Shown: positions 1-10,705 of the stretch, piece by piece
Numbering within the stretch: position 1 is the stretch's first letter
Layout of the letters: each line of letters begins with the position of its first letter
From: Alphaproteobacteria bacterium
Lineage (GTDB): Bacteria > Pseudomonadota > Alphaproteobacteria > MPNO01 > UBA830
DNA: 64,000 nt
Direction: 5' to 3'
Assembly (NCBI GenBank): GCA_964291215.2
Contig: OZ219791.1
Span: forward strand, 2,240,001-2,304,000
Position numbers and translations under genes: made by a program
The notes under the pieces: generated by a model
The model's input: only the letters and a program-made list of their open reading frames with translations
The model's database searches: none
Told to the model about the DNA's origin: nothing

Positions 1-770
1 TCGATATCGTCAACATCTCGCATCCCGCGTTCGTCATTCTCGGATCCTACATCGCCTATATGTGCAACAGCCTGTGGGGGTTGGACCCCATACTAGTTGG
101 CGTCGTGTTCGCGCCGGTCTTCTATTTTGTCGGTGTGGGGGTCTACCGGATCTATTTCGAGAGCTTCGAGAAAAAGGACGACGAGGCGCTGCGCGGCCTT
201 GCCTTCTTTTTCGGCGTCATGTTTATCATCGAGGTCGGCCTCATCATGGCGTACGGCGTCGATTTCCGCTCGGTCGAGGCACCCTATATCGGCCCGAACT
301 GGGAAATCTGGAAAATCGGCATCCCGACCAGGATGCTGGTGCCGTTCAGCGTCGCCGTCGTCATGTTCACCGCCGTGTATCTCTACCTTTCGAAAACCTT
401 CAACGGCCGCGCGATCATGGCCGTCGCCCAGGATCGCCTGGCGCTTCAGCTGATGGCCGCGGACCCGGTGCGCATCAAGCAGCTCGGCTTCGGCATCGGC
501 ATCGCGACCACATCCATCGCGGGGGCGCTGCTGATCATTATCATCCCCATCGAGCCATCGATCGGACGCCTCTATATCGGCCAGGTCTTCGCAATCGCGG
601 TGCTTGCCGGGCTCGGATCGATACCCGGCACCATGGTCGCCGCGCTGATCCTGGGACTGGCGGAGAGCTTCGTGTCGACCTTCTACGGCCCGTCATGGTC
701 ACCCGCCGTCGCCTTCGGCATCCTTCTATTCGCCCTTGCCTTCCGGCCGCAGGGCCTGTTCGGACGCTAG
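1..770 (+). CDS. Branched-chain amino acid ABC transporter permease (LivH-like), 5'-truncated by window edge
   Basis: Open frame from base 3 (DIVNISHPAF...), hydrophobic, GLGSIPG and FRPQGLFG motifs; first gene of a liv-type operon. Confidence 0.9.
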   Translation, partial: DIVNISHPAFVILGSYIAYMCNSLWGLDPILVGVVFAPVFYFVGVGVYRIYFESFEKKDDEALRGLAFFFGVMFIIEVGLIMAYGVDFRSVEAPYIGPNWEIWKIGIPTRMLVPFSVAVVMFTAVYLYLSKTFNGRAIMAVAQDRLALQLMAADPVRIKQLGFGIGIATTSIAGALLIIIIPIEPSIGRLYIGQVFAIAVLAGLGSIPGTMVAALILGLAESFVSTFYGPSWSPAVAFGILLFALAFRPQGLFGR

Positions 771-772
771 CC

Positions 773-1726
773 ATGACTCTCCTGCGATCCTTCTGGATGT
801 GGGCCGCGCTCGTCATCATCGTTGGCGCCGTCGCCACGACCACCGACGTGATCGGGGTCAACAAGTTCATCTATTTCGCCGGCTATGTCGTGCTGCAATA
901 CGTAGTGCTCGCCACCGCCTGGAACATCATGGGCGGCTATATGGGCTACGTGAATTTCGGGTCCGCCGGCTTCTTCGCGGTCGGCACCTACACCTCGGTC
1001 GTGCTCTACAACCTGATCGGCGCCGACCCGCTGCTCGCGATCCCGGTCGCCGGCGTCGTGTCGGGCCTGATCGGCTTCGGCACCGGATATCTGACGCTCC
1101 GCCTTCGCGGCGTGTTTTTCGCCATCGCGACTCTCGCCCTCGCTGTCGTTCTCGAGACGCTGATGGTCAACTGGGATTATGTCGGAGGCGCCTCGGGGGC
1201 CTATATCCTGCGCCCGCGCGAGTATCCGATCTTCGGAGACTACACCCGTTACCTGTTCTTCCTGATGCTCGTGCTCGCCGTCATCTCGCTTGCCGTCGCC
1301 CGCTGGATCGAAAGATCCAAAATCGGACGCGGCTTTGCCGCCATTCGCGACGACGAACTCGCGGCCGAATGCGCCGGAGTCCCGACCCTGAAACTCAAGC
1401 TGATATCGACCACCGTCTCCGGCTTCCTGATGGGTGTCGCCGGCGCACCCTTCGCCTTCTATGTCAGCTTCGTGGAGCCGGTCTCGGCATTCAACCTGAT
1501 CTATGCCGTCAACGCCATCGCGATGCCGATGGTCGGCGGCACCACGACCTGGATCGGCCCGCTGATCGGCGCGCTTCTCCTCGGAACGAGCCAGGAAATC
1601 GCCAGGGTAACAATCTCCTCGGAACTGAATCTTCTGATCGTTGGCGCGCTCCTCATCTTCTTCGTCATCGTGGCCCCGGAAGGGATCACCGGCCTCGTGC
1701 GCAAGTGGTGGAGGCGTAACAGATGA
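773..1726 (+). CDS. Branched-chain amino acid ABC transporter permease (LivM-like)
   Basis: Start MTLLRSF at 773; WNIMGGYMGYVNFG, LRLRGVFFAIATLA, AIRDDELAA and PEGI motifs. Confidence 0.9.
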   Translation: MTLLRSFWMWAALVIIVGAVATTTDVIGVNKFIYFAGYVVLQYVVLATAWNIMGGYMGYVNFGSAGFFAVGTYTSVVLYNLIGADPLLAIPVAGVVSGLIGFGTGYLTLRLRGVFFAIATLALAVVLETLMVNWDYVGGASGAYILRPREYPIFGDYTRYLFFLMLVLAVISLAVARWIERSKIGRGFAAIRDDELAAECAGVPTLKLKLISTTVSGFLMGVAGAPFAFYVSFVEPVSAFNLIYAVNAIAMPMVGGTTTWIGPLIGALLLGTSQEIARVTISSELNLLIVGALLIFFVIVAPEGITGLVRKWWRRNR

Positions 1727-2445
1727 ACGGGGAACCGCTTCTCGATGTCCGCGCCGTGACGAAGACCTTTGGCGGCTTCACAGCGCTCGACTCCGTCGAC
1801 CTGCATGTCAACAAAGGCGAGCGCTTCGGGCTCATCGGACCCAACGGGTCGGGCAAGACGACGATGATCAACTGCATCTCCGGCGCGCTGGCCAACGACG
1901 GTGGCGAGATCATCTTCGAGGGCCTCACGCTGGACGGCATGAAGCCTCATCAGCGCACAAGACTCGGCATCGCACGATCATTCCAGATCCCCAAACCGTT
2001 CGCGTCGATGACCGTCCTCGAGAATCTGGCGATCCCGCTCGAATACGCGACTGGCACCGGTGGCCGCGAGATCCGGGCGCGAGCCATGGAGATCCTGGAG
2101 ACCATCGGTCTTGCGGAACGCGCGGACATCAGCTCGGGCAGCCTGACCCAGATCGACATGCGCAAGCTCGAACTGGCGCGTGCTATGGCGGCGGATCCGA
2201 AGCTGCTGATCTCCGACGAGGCGATGGCGGGCCTCTCGGCGACGGAACTCGACGACATCCTCGATATCCTGTTCCACCTCAACGAGCGCGGAATCACGAT
2301 CATCATGATCGAGCACATCATGCGCGCGGTCATGCGGTTTTCCGAACGCATCGTCGTACTCGACGCAGGCCGGAAGATTGCCGAGGGCACGCCTGGAGAG
2401 ATCATCGATAACCCCGAAGTCGAAAGGGCATATCTCGGTGAGTAG
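1723..2445 (+). CDS. ABC transporter ATP-binding protein (LivG-like)
   Basis: Walker A GPNGSGKT, ARSFQIP, IEH motif, C-terminal AYLG. Confidence 0.92.
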   Translation: MNGEPLLDVRAVTKTFGGFTALDSVDLHVNKGERFGLIGPNGSGKTTMINCISGALANDGGEIIFEGLTLDGMKPHQRTRLGIARSFQIPKPFASMTVLENLAIPLEYATGTGGREIRARAMEILETIGLAERADISSGSLTQIDMRKLELARAMAADPKLLISDEAMAGLSATELDDILDILFHLNERGITIIMIEHIMRAVMRFSERIVVLDAGRKIAEGTPGEIIDNPEVERAYLGE

Positions 2446-3169
2446 GATCGTCTTAGAGAATATCGAAGCGGGCTACGGCTCGGTCCGGGTTCTCCACGGC
2501 GTCTCGGTCACCGTGGAACCCGGAGAGACGGTGGCGCTGCTCGGCACCAACGGCAACGGCAAGTCGACCCTCATCAAGTGCATCATGGGCATGGTCCAAC
2601 CAGGGGCCGGCTCGATCATGCTGGAGGATGGGAGCGGAACGTCGACAAACCTGATCGGCAGACCTCCTCAGGAGATCGTCGAACTCGGCATCGCAATGGT
2701 GCCCGAGGGCCGCCGCCTGTTTCCGCGGCTCACGGTCGAGGAAAACCTCATGCTCGGTGCCTTCCGAAATTCGGCACGCGAACGCATCGCGGCCAATCTC
2801 GAATTCTCGTTCGAGGCCTTCCCGGTGCTCGCCGAACGGCGGCGCCAGCTGGCCGGCTCGATGTCGGGCGGCGAACAGCAGATGCTTGCCGTGGCCAGGG
2901 CGTTGATGTCGGAGCCACGCATCCTGCTCGTCGACGAGCCGTCGGTGGGATTGGCGCCGATTCTCGTCAGCCGCATGATCGCCAAGATCAAGGAGCTGAA
3001 GGAACAGCGCAACCTGACGGTGTTGATGGCCGAACAGAATTTCAACCAGGCCATCAAGATCGCCGATCGCGGCTATATCATCGTCCATGGCGAGATCGCC
3101 TTCTCCGCATCCTCGGCCTCGGAACTCGCCGCGAACGAAATGGTCAAGCAGTACTATCTTGGCGCCTGA
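2438..3169 (+). CDS. ABC transporter ATP-binding protein (LivF-like)
   Basis: GTG start overlapping the previous stop; GTNGNGKST, MSGGEQQM, DEPSVGLAP, EQN. Confidence 0.92.
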   Translation: MSRIVLENIEAGYGSVRVLHGVSVTVEPGETVALLGTNGNGKSTLIKCIMGMVQPGAGSIMLEDGSGTSTNLIGRPPQEIVELGIAMVPEGRRLFPRLTVEENLMLGAFRNSARERIAANLEFSFEAFPVLAERRRQLAGSMSGGEQQMLAVARALMSEPRILLVDEPSVGLAPILVSRMIAKIKELKEQRNLTVLMAEQNFNQAIKIADRGYIIVHGEIAFSASSASELAANEMVKQYYLGA

Positions 3170-3241
3170 CGGAACGCGCCGGCAGCGGTTCGCGCACATC
3201 TCCGAAGGCGCCGGCCCGGCGGGCATCGCGGAGACACGACC

Positions 3242-4546
3242 ATGATCGATCCGAAGCTGTTCAAACCCAACACGCTCGGTCTCCACGCCGGGCAGCAGCC
3301 GGATCCGGCGACCGGCGCCCGCGCCGTCCCCATCTACCAGACGACATCCTACGTCTTCCGCGATACCGACCATGCCGCAGCGCTGTTCAATCTCGAGCGC
3401 GCCGGGCACATCTACTCGCGGATATCCAACCCGACCTGCGCAGTGCTGGAGGAACGCGTCAGCGCCCTCGAGGGCGGCGTCGGGGCGATTGCGACGGCGT
3501 CGGGACAGGCGGCGCTCCACCTTGCCGTCGTCACGCTGATGGGCCAGGGCGGCCACATCGTGTCCTCGGCATCAATCTACGGCGGCAGCCACAACCTGTT
3601 CCACCACACCCTGCCGCGGTTCGGCATCACCGCAACCTTTGTGGACCCGCGCGATGTCGACGAGTTCGAGAAGGCGATCACGCCCGACACCCGCCTGATT
3701 TTCGGGGAAACCCTCGGCAATCCCAGCCTTGAGGTAATGGATCTGCCGCGGATCGCCGAAGTCGCCCATGCCCACGGCATACCGCTGATGATCGACAACA
3801 CGTTCGCGACCCCGCACCTTTGCCGGCCCTTCAGCCACGGTGCGGACATAATCATGCATTCGGCGACCAAGTTTCTCGGCGGCCACGGCACGTCAATCGG
3901 CGGGCTGCTGGTCGATTCGGGACAGTTCGACTGGGACGCATCGGACAAGTTTCCGACCCTGACCGAACCCTATGACGGCTATCACGGGTTGGACTTCGCC
4001 GAGGAATTCGGACCCGCCGCCTTCATCATGCGGGCCCGCGCCGAGGGGCTGCGGGATTTCGGAGCGACGATGAGCCCGACCAACGCTTTCCATATCCTCC
4101 AGGGCGTTGAGACGCTCCATGTCCGCATGCCCCGGCATGTCGACAACGCCCGCCGCGTTGTCGAGTTCCTTGCGGCGCATGACGCCGTCTCCTGGGTCGT
4201 CTGGCCCGAGCGCGATGATCATCCCGACAGGGACCTCGCCGCCAGGCTGCTGCCGGACGGGCCTGGCGCGATCTTCTCCTTCGGCATCCGCGGCGGCCGC
4301 GAGGCCGGACGCGTCTTCATTGAGAACCTGTCACTCTTCTCCCACCTCGCAAATGTCGGCGACGCCAAATCCCTCGTCATCCACCCGGCGAGCACGACAC
4401 ACCAGCAGATGGACGCGGAGGCGCTCCACGCTGCAGGCATCGGCGAAGACCTTGTGCGCCTCTCGATCGGGCTCGAAGATGCCGGAGACCTGATCGGCGA
4501 TCTCGACCACGCCCTGCGCCGCGCCCGTAAACAGGTGAACGGCTGA
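3242..4546 (+). CDS. metY: O-acetylhomoserine aminocarboxypropyltransferase / sulfhydrylase (PLP-dependent)
   Basis: AVPIYQTTSY, YSRISNPT, HSATKFLGGHG (PLP lysine), LANVGDAKSLVIHPASTTH. Confidence 0.88.
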   Translation: MIDPKLFKPNTLGLHAGQQPDPATGARAVPIYQTTSYVFRDTDHAAALFNLERAGHIYSRISNPTCAVLEERVSALEGGVGAIATASGQAALHLAVVTLMGQGGHIVSSASIYGGSHNLFHHTLPRFGITATFVDPRDVDEFEKAITPDTRLIFGETLGNPSLEVMDLPRIAEVAHAHGIPLMIDNTFATPHLCRPFSHGADIIMHSATKFLGGHGTSIGGLLVDSGQFDWDASDKFPTLTEPYDGYHGLDFAEEFGPAAFIMRARAEGLRDFGATMSPTNAFHILQGVETLHVRMPRHVDNARRVVEFLAAHDAVSWVVWPERDDHPDRDLAARLLPDGPGAIFSFGIRGGREAGRVFIENLSLFSHLANVGDAKSLVIHPASTTHQQMDAEALHAAGIGEDLVRLSIGLEDAGDLIGDLDHALRRARKQVNG

Positions 4547-5337
4547 TGCAACTGGAGGTCGGCAACAGACAGATCTTTGCCGCTACCGGGGGCCAGCCGT
4601 TCGACCCGTCGCGGCCCGCGGTGGTGTTCGTTCACGGCGCCGGCATGGATCACACGGTATGGGCCCTGCAGACCCGATGGTTCGCCTGGCACGGTCACGC
4701 CGTGCTGGCGGTCGACCTGCCGGGGCATGGGCAGTCGGAAGGGCCGCCGCTCGATACCATCCCCGCCATGGGAGACTGGCTTTTGGAACTGGTGGCCGCG
4801 GCGGGATGCAGTCGCACGGCGCTCGCGGGCCATTCCATGGGCGCAATGGCAGCGCTGGCGGCGGCGCGCCACGAGACCGGGATCACAGCCCTTGCGCTGG
4901 CCGGAATCGGGGCACGCATGCCGGTGCATCCGGACCTGCTGGCGGCGGCCCGCGGCGGCGACCCCCGGTCCTGGGACCTAATCGTCGCCTGGGGTTACGG
5001 CATGCCATCTCATTTCGGCGCAAGCCGCATGCCCGGGCTGTGGCTTCAGGGCGGAGGCCGGTCGCTGTTGGCCCGCGGACCGGACCAAGTGCTCGGCACG
5101 GACCTCGCAGCCTGCGACGCTTACAGTTCGGTGGCGGACGACGCCGCTGCAGTCGCTTGCCAGATAACCTTCATAGTCGGCGAACAGGACCGCATGACTC
5201 CGCCTGCGGCCACAGCCGAACTTGCCGGAAGAATCGTCAATTCCCACACGATCGTGGTTCCTGGGGCCGGACACATGATGATGGCAGAGCGGCCGGACGA
5301 GACCCTGGATGCACTGATTGCGGCCCTTCGTGAATGA
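4546..5337 (+). CDS. Alpha/beta hydrolase
   Basis: HGAG, DLPGHG, GHSMG nucleophile elbow, GAGH; TGATG overlap with metY. Confidence 0.88.
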   Translation: MQLEVGNRQIFAATGGQPFDPSRPAVVFVHGAGMDHTVWALQTRWFAWHGHAVLAVDLPGHGQSEGPPLDTIPAMGDWLLELVAAAGCSRTALAGHSMGAMAALAAARHETGITALALAGIGARMPVHPDLLAAARGGDPRSWDLIVAWGYGMPSHFGASRMPGLWLQGGGRSLLARGPDQVLGTDLAACDAYSSVADDAAAVACQITFIVGEQDRMTPPAATAELAGRIVNSHTIVVPGAGHMMMAERPDETLDALIAALRE

Positions 5338-5426
5338 TGCCGGAACGCCCGGTCCGCTTGCGGATGCCCGGACCTCATGCATAGGATTGCGGCCGGACCG
5401 GTAACCGGAACGGCCGGAGAAGACCG

Positions 5427-7043
5427 ATGATCGAGACAGACGTGCGGCAGTTCGAGGGCTTCGACCATGTGATCGTCGGCGCCGGAACCGCGGGCTGCGT
5501 TCTCGCCAATCGCCTGAGCGCGGATCCGGAGCGCAACGTCCTGCTCCTTGAAGCTGGAGGCAAGGACAACTATTTCTGGATCAGGATCCCTATCGGCTAT
5601 CTCTACACGATGAACAATCCCCGGACCGACTGGTGCTTCAGCACCGAGGAGGAGCCGGGACTGAACGGCCGGGTACTGGCCTATCCCCGGGGCAAGACGC
5701 TGGGCGGCTGTTCCGCGATCAACGGCATGATCTACATGCGAGGCCAGGCCCGCGACTACGACCAGTGGCGGCAGATGGGCAACAGTGGCTGGGGCTGGGA
5801 CGATGTCCTGCCGGTCTTCCGGAAATCCGAGGACCATATGCACGGCGGCAATGACACGCACGGGGCGGGGGGCGAATGGCGGGTCGAAGACCAGCGCTTG
5901 TCATGGGAAATCCTGAACTCTTTCCGTCAGGCCTGCGTCGAGATCGGGATTCCCGCAACCGAGGATTTCAATGGCGGCGACAACGAGGGCGCCGGCTATT
6001 TTCAGGTCAACCAGAAGCGCGGCATGCGCTGGAGCGCCGCCCACGCCTTCCTTCACCCGATCCGGCACCGTTCCAATCTCACCGTGCTCACAAAGGCCCA
6101 GGCGAACCGCCTGACGGTGGCCGAAGGCCGCGTGACCGGTGTGGATTTCCGGCTCCACGGCGCTGCCGCGCACGCGTCGGCACGGCGCGAGGTCGTGCTC
6201 GCCACCGGTGCCATCGGCTCTCCCCATCTCCTCCAACTCTCGGGTATCGGTCCCGGACGGCTCTTGCGCGAACACGGGATCGATGTCGTCCACGAGCTCC
6301 CTGGCGTCGGAGAAAATCTCCAGGACCATCTTCAGATTCGCGCTGTCTACAAGGTAAAGGGCGCCAGAACCTTGAACGGGCGGGCCAACTCACTCGTGGG
6401 CATGGCGGGAATGGCGCTGGAGTACGTCCTATTCAGGCGCGGTCCGATGACGATGGCGCCCAGCCAGCTCGGCGTTTTCACGAAGTCGGACGAGAGCCGC
6501 GAGACGCCCGATCTCCAGTATCACGTGCAGCCACTTTCACTCGACCGTTTCGGAGAACCGCTCCATCCCTTTCCCGCAATTACCGCGTCGGTATGCAACC
6601 TGCGTCCCGACAGCCGCGGTCATGTCCGCCTCACCAGCCCCGACCCGGAGAGCAAGCCATCGATACGTCCCAACTATCTGAGCGCCGAAAGCGACCGCCA
6701 GATCGCCGCCAATGCCCTCAAGCTCACCCGGCGCATCATCGGCGCGCCGGCGATGCAGAAATATGCTCCGGAGGAATATGTCCCGGGCGCCCATGTCGCG
6801 AGCGACGAGGATCTCGCGCACGCGGCCGGCGATATCGCGACCACGATCTTCCACCCTGTCGGCACGTGCCGGATGGGACCAGATGACATGGCTGTCGTCA
6901 ATGACCGCCTTCAGCTCAGGGAACTCCCTGGCCTGCGCATCGCCGACGCTTCCGTCATGCCGACGATCACATCGGGCAACACGAATTCTCCGACCATCAT
7001 GATCGCTGAAAAGGCCGCCGAGCTGATGCTGGCGGATGGCTGA
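5427..7043 (+). CDS. GMC-family oxidoreductase (choline dehydrogenase-like)
   Basis: GAGTAG FAD motif, GKTLGGCSAINGMIYMRG, VGENLQDH, HPVGTCRMG, GNTNSP. Confidence 0.92.
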   Translation: MIETDVRQFEGFDHVIVGAGTAGCVLANRLSADPERNVLLLEAGGKDNYFWIRIPIGYLYTMNNPRTDWCFSTEEEPGLNGRVLAYPRGKTLGGCSAINGMIYMRGQARDYDQWRQMGNSGWGWDDVLPVFRKSEDHMHGGNDTHGAGGEWRVEDQRLSWEILNSFRQACVEIGIPATEDFNGGDNEGAGYFQVNQKRGMRWSAAHAFLHPIRHRSNLTVLTKAQANRLTVAEGRVTGVDFRLHGAAAHASARREVVLATGAIGSPHLLQLSGIGPGRLLREHGIDVVHELPGVGENLQDHLQIRAVYKVKGARTLNGRANSLVGMAGMALEYVLFRRGPMTMAPSQLGVFTKSDESRETPDLQYHVQPLSLDRFGEPLHPFPAITASVCNLRPDSRGHVRLTSPDPESKPSIRPNYLSAESDRQIAANALKLTRRIIGAPAMQKYAPEEYVPGAHVASDEDLAHAAGDIATTIFHPVGTCRMGPDDMAVVNDRLQLRELPGLRIADASVMPTITSGNTNSPTIMIAEKAAELMLADG

Positions 7044-7267
7044 CCGGAGAACGAGGTCCTTGCCACCTTCTCCACTACGCCGGCCCGTGACCGGATACCC
7101 AGGTCTCCTCTGCGCGTGGCGTCACCCGTTGGCCTGACTTTGCCGTCGCGCACGGCAGGCACCGTTCATGTCGCTGTCGCAGCCTGGTTCCGGCAGGAGC
7201 GCTCCCGAAACAACAGATGAAGGGGTGCAGCGGGGCCGATCGCGGGGACAACGCCTCGCCCGGGAGC

Positions 7268-8956
7268 CAGGACTTTCCCACGCTGCATTCGATCTTGCCG
7301 ATTGCTGATGGAGGGAGGCTGCCCAGCCTGTCGGGTTTTCTGGCTTTGGGGCCGTCCGCGGTCGCCGCCGGCGGCGTTATCGGCGCGTGGGCGGGTTATT
7401 TTCGGGATGTAGGCGGGTTGTGGGCGGCGTCCGGGAATCGGCCGGACGCCATTGGCGCTCAGGGCCGCGTCAGAGCTGCGACGGCTTCTCGGCGGTCGAG
7501 CCGCCGCCGTGTTTCGGCGAGGCTCTCGCGTCGGTTGGCGAAGATCACCGCGAGCACGATGTTGTTGAGGCTGGCGCGGTTTGCGGGTCAGGCAGGCGTC
7601 TTCGCCGAAGACGCAGTCTCGGTGGTTCATGTTTTCCACGGCCCGCGGCCGCAGCAGTTCCTCTGGCGACGCGTGTTGCGCATCGAGCGAGGTGATGATG
7701 TACAGTCGTTGCCGCTCGCTGCGCCGCTGGCGCTCTTTCCCAGCGGTTCGCGGCAGCGCTTGATGCGGGCGATCTGGCCGGGGTAGTTGATCAAGCCCTT
7801 GAGCGGCACGCGCTGCTCGAGGCGGGCCTTACTCTTCCTTGAAGCGGCCGCTGGCTCCCAGTCGATGCCGTCGAGGATGTCGAAGGTTTCGGGCGCATTG
7901 CCTTTGACCGAGAAGACATAGTCTGCGCCGCAGCGCCGGGTGATCAGCGCCGCCGGCGTCGTGCGGGTGGTCACCTTGCCGCGGACATCGGTGCGCTCGA
8001 GGAGGTGGCCGCCAGCTCGCCGTCGTCGAAATTCAACAGCGCGAAGGGTGCGCCGGAGGCGTGAGAGCCACGGTCTCGTGGTGGCCGTCGCCGTTAGCGC
8101 CGCGGATGCGCTTGCCGTCGGCGGCAAGCGCTCGGGCGAGCCCGCGGCCGAGCACATCCTCGAGCGCCTCGGGGTCGATTGACTGCCCTGTGGAGGGTCG
8201 CCTTGGAGGGCGGCTCGCGCAGCTCCGTCCTCGGGTTCCGCCGATGGCCTCGAGCTCGTCCTGAGACAGCGACCGCGCAAACTGCGCAGCTGCCTTTCAT
8301 GTTCGCAAGCTCGGCGAGAACGTGAGCACACCGTGTGCTTCCTGCGCGGCGGAAGTCCTCGATCGCCGCCAACTCTTCGTGCAGCAAACGCATCACCTCG
8401 GAACCCCGGGGAGCGAGGAGGCAGGCGGCGCCACCGCAGCGCCTGCGACAGCAGCCGTCGCGCCGCACAACGAAAATCTCCTTACCATGGGGGTCGGTGT
8501 AGCGCCCGCGGGCAAACCCCTTGGCACGCCAGCCCGCCGCCTTGTGCCCGCAAAACGCGCCGGATCGCAGAACGTCTCTGCCACAACCACCTAGTGGCCG
8601 TAGGCCCAGTCGTCAGCCAGCCGCCGCGTCGCAAGAAAGAAGGAGGCAAGGTTCGGAAACGTTCCCGGCGCCGCACACACTAGCAGTCGCGTGTTGTCAG
8701 ATCAAGCCACTGCTGCTCCGGCTTCCAGCCACCGGTCGCGGCACTTGAAGGCCCCGGCCAGACCACTGCCCCCTGAAGGACGCAATATAGCGCAGCCCCG
8801 CCAGACGGCGAAACCCGAGATAGTCGTCCATCAACGCAGCGGACGCTCCTTAGGCTTCGCGAACCTCAACCTTATATGACCAGGTTTTGTCCCCTTGATG
8901 ATGAAATCATCCACAGCAGTTGGGGCGGGAAAATGTGGATCTGTGGGAGAGCTATG
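7268..8956 (-). mobile_element. Degenerate ISAs1-family element with upstream DUF4338-like region (copy 1)
   Basis: Frameshifted fragments DFRRA, ADYVFSVKGNAPETF and NHRDCVFGEDAC; upstream YLGFRRLAG/LRYIASF, GAFKC, ETFCDPARFAGT; imperfect ends caggactttcccac (7268) and catagctctcccac (8956, minus strand). Confidence 0.75.
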
Positions 8957-8959
8957 GTT

Positions 8960-9910
<951 letters not shown>

Positions 9911-10312
9911 GCCCTCACCCCTGCCGAGAGCGCGATCGGGACTGTCTCGACAGTCTCCCTCTACGACACGACTTGGGGAGAATGTCTGCAGATCATCGTC
10001 GAGGCCGACATCGAGGAGACCGAACCGCCTTGGGACACCTGGACCCGGACGGTCACGTTACCATGCCCGGGGACGGCAAGGTAGCCGCGTTCACGTGACC
10101 AATGGACGGCAACCCGCCGCCGGGACCACAAGCTTCATGTCGCCTCGCTCGCAGAGCAAATCCCACACCGCTTGTGGACAACCACAGAAAACATCACCGC
10201 AGACACCCGCAAAAACCTTGCCAGGAAACATGGATGCTCGGACAGACCCTTCCGGAGCTGCGATGTGAATCGGACAGGATACGATGTGCTTGTGAACCGA
10301 CATCCCCGCACC

Positions 10313-10425
10313 ATGACAAATCCAGTGCAGGAAAGCCAGCAAAAACTGTAAAAAATCTCCCACACCAATAATCGCCCCGGAAAAACCCAATTTTTGCCTT
10401 GAAAAATAAAAAAATTTAGCGTAAT
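10313..10425 (+). repeat. ~115 bp AT-rich dispersed repeat (copy 1), probable element end
   Basis: atgacaaatccagtgcaggaaagccagcaaaaactg...aatttagcgt matches the reverse complement of 20143-20258. Confidence 0.7.
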
Positions 10426-10529
10426 AATTTCCTTAATTAATCGCAAAAATTATACACTCTGTGGTTGATGTTTTGAATGGCCGCTGAACAGGGCAAAAAT
10501 TTCTGCATTCTTGCCAGGTTTTCCGGCTG

Positions 10530-10630
10530 CGGCGACCCGTGGACGGCTCCAAAGCCAGAAAACCCGGCAGGCTGTGCAACCTCCCTCCATCAGCAGTCGG
10601 CAAGATCGAATGCAGCGTGGGAGAGTCCTG
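10530..10630 (+). repeat. Solo right end of the ISAs1-like element
   Basis: Near-identical to the reverse complement of 7268-7368 and similar to 25635-25737; ends ...gcgtgggagagtcctg. Confidence 0.75.
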
Positions 10631-10705
10631 CCGCAATCGCCACTTCCGGCGCTCGACTTCGGTTTCCAACAGTGCTGCGGCCTTCCGGTGCCGGAGGCAT
10701 CCCGC

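Noticed and set aside
10313-10460. AT-rich stretch as a CRISPR leader
   Set aside because: No repeat-spacer array or cas genes nearby
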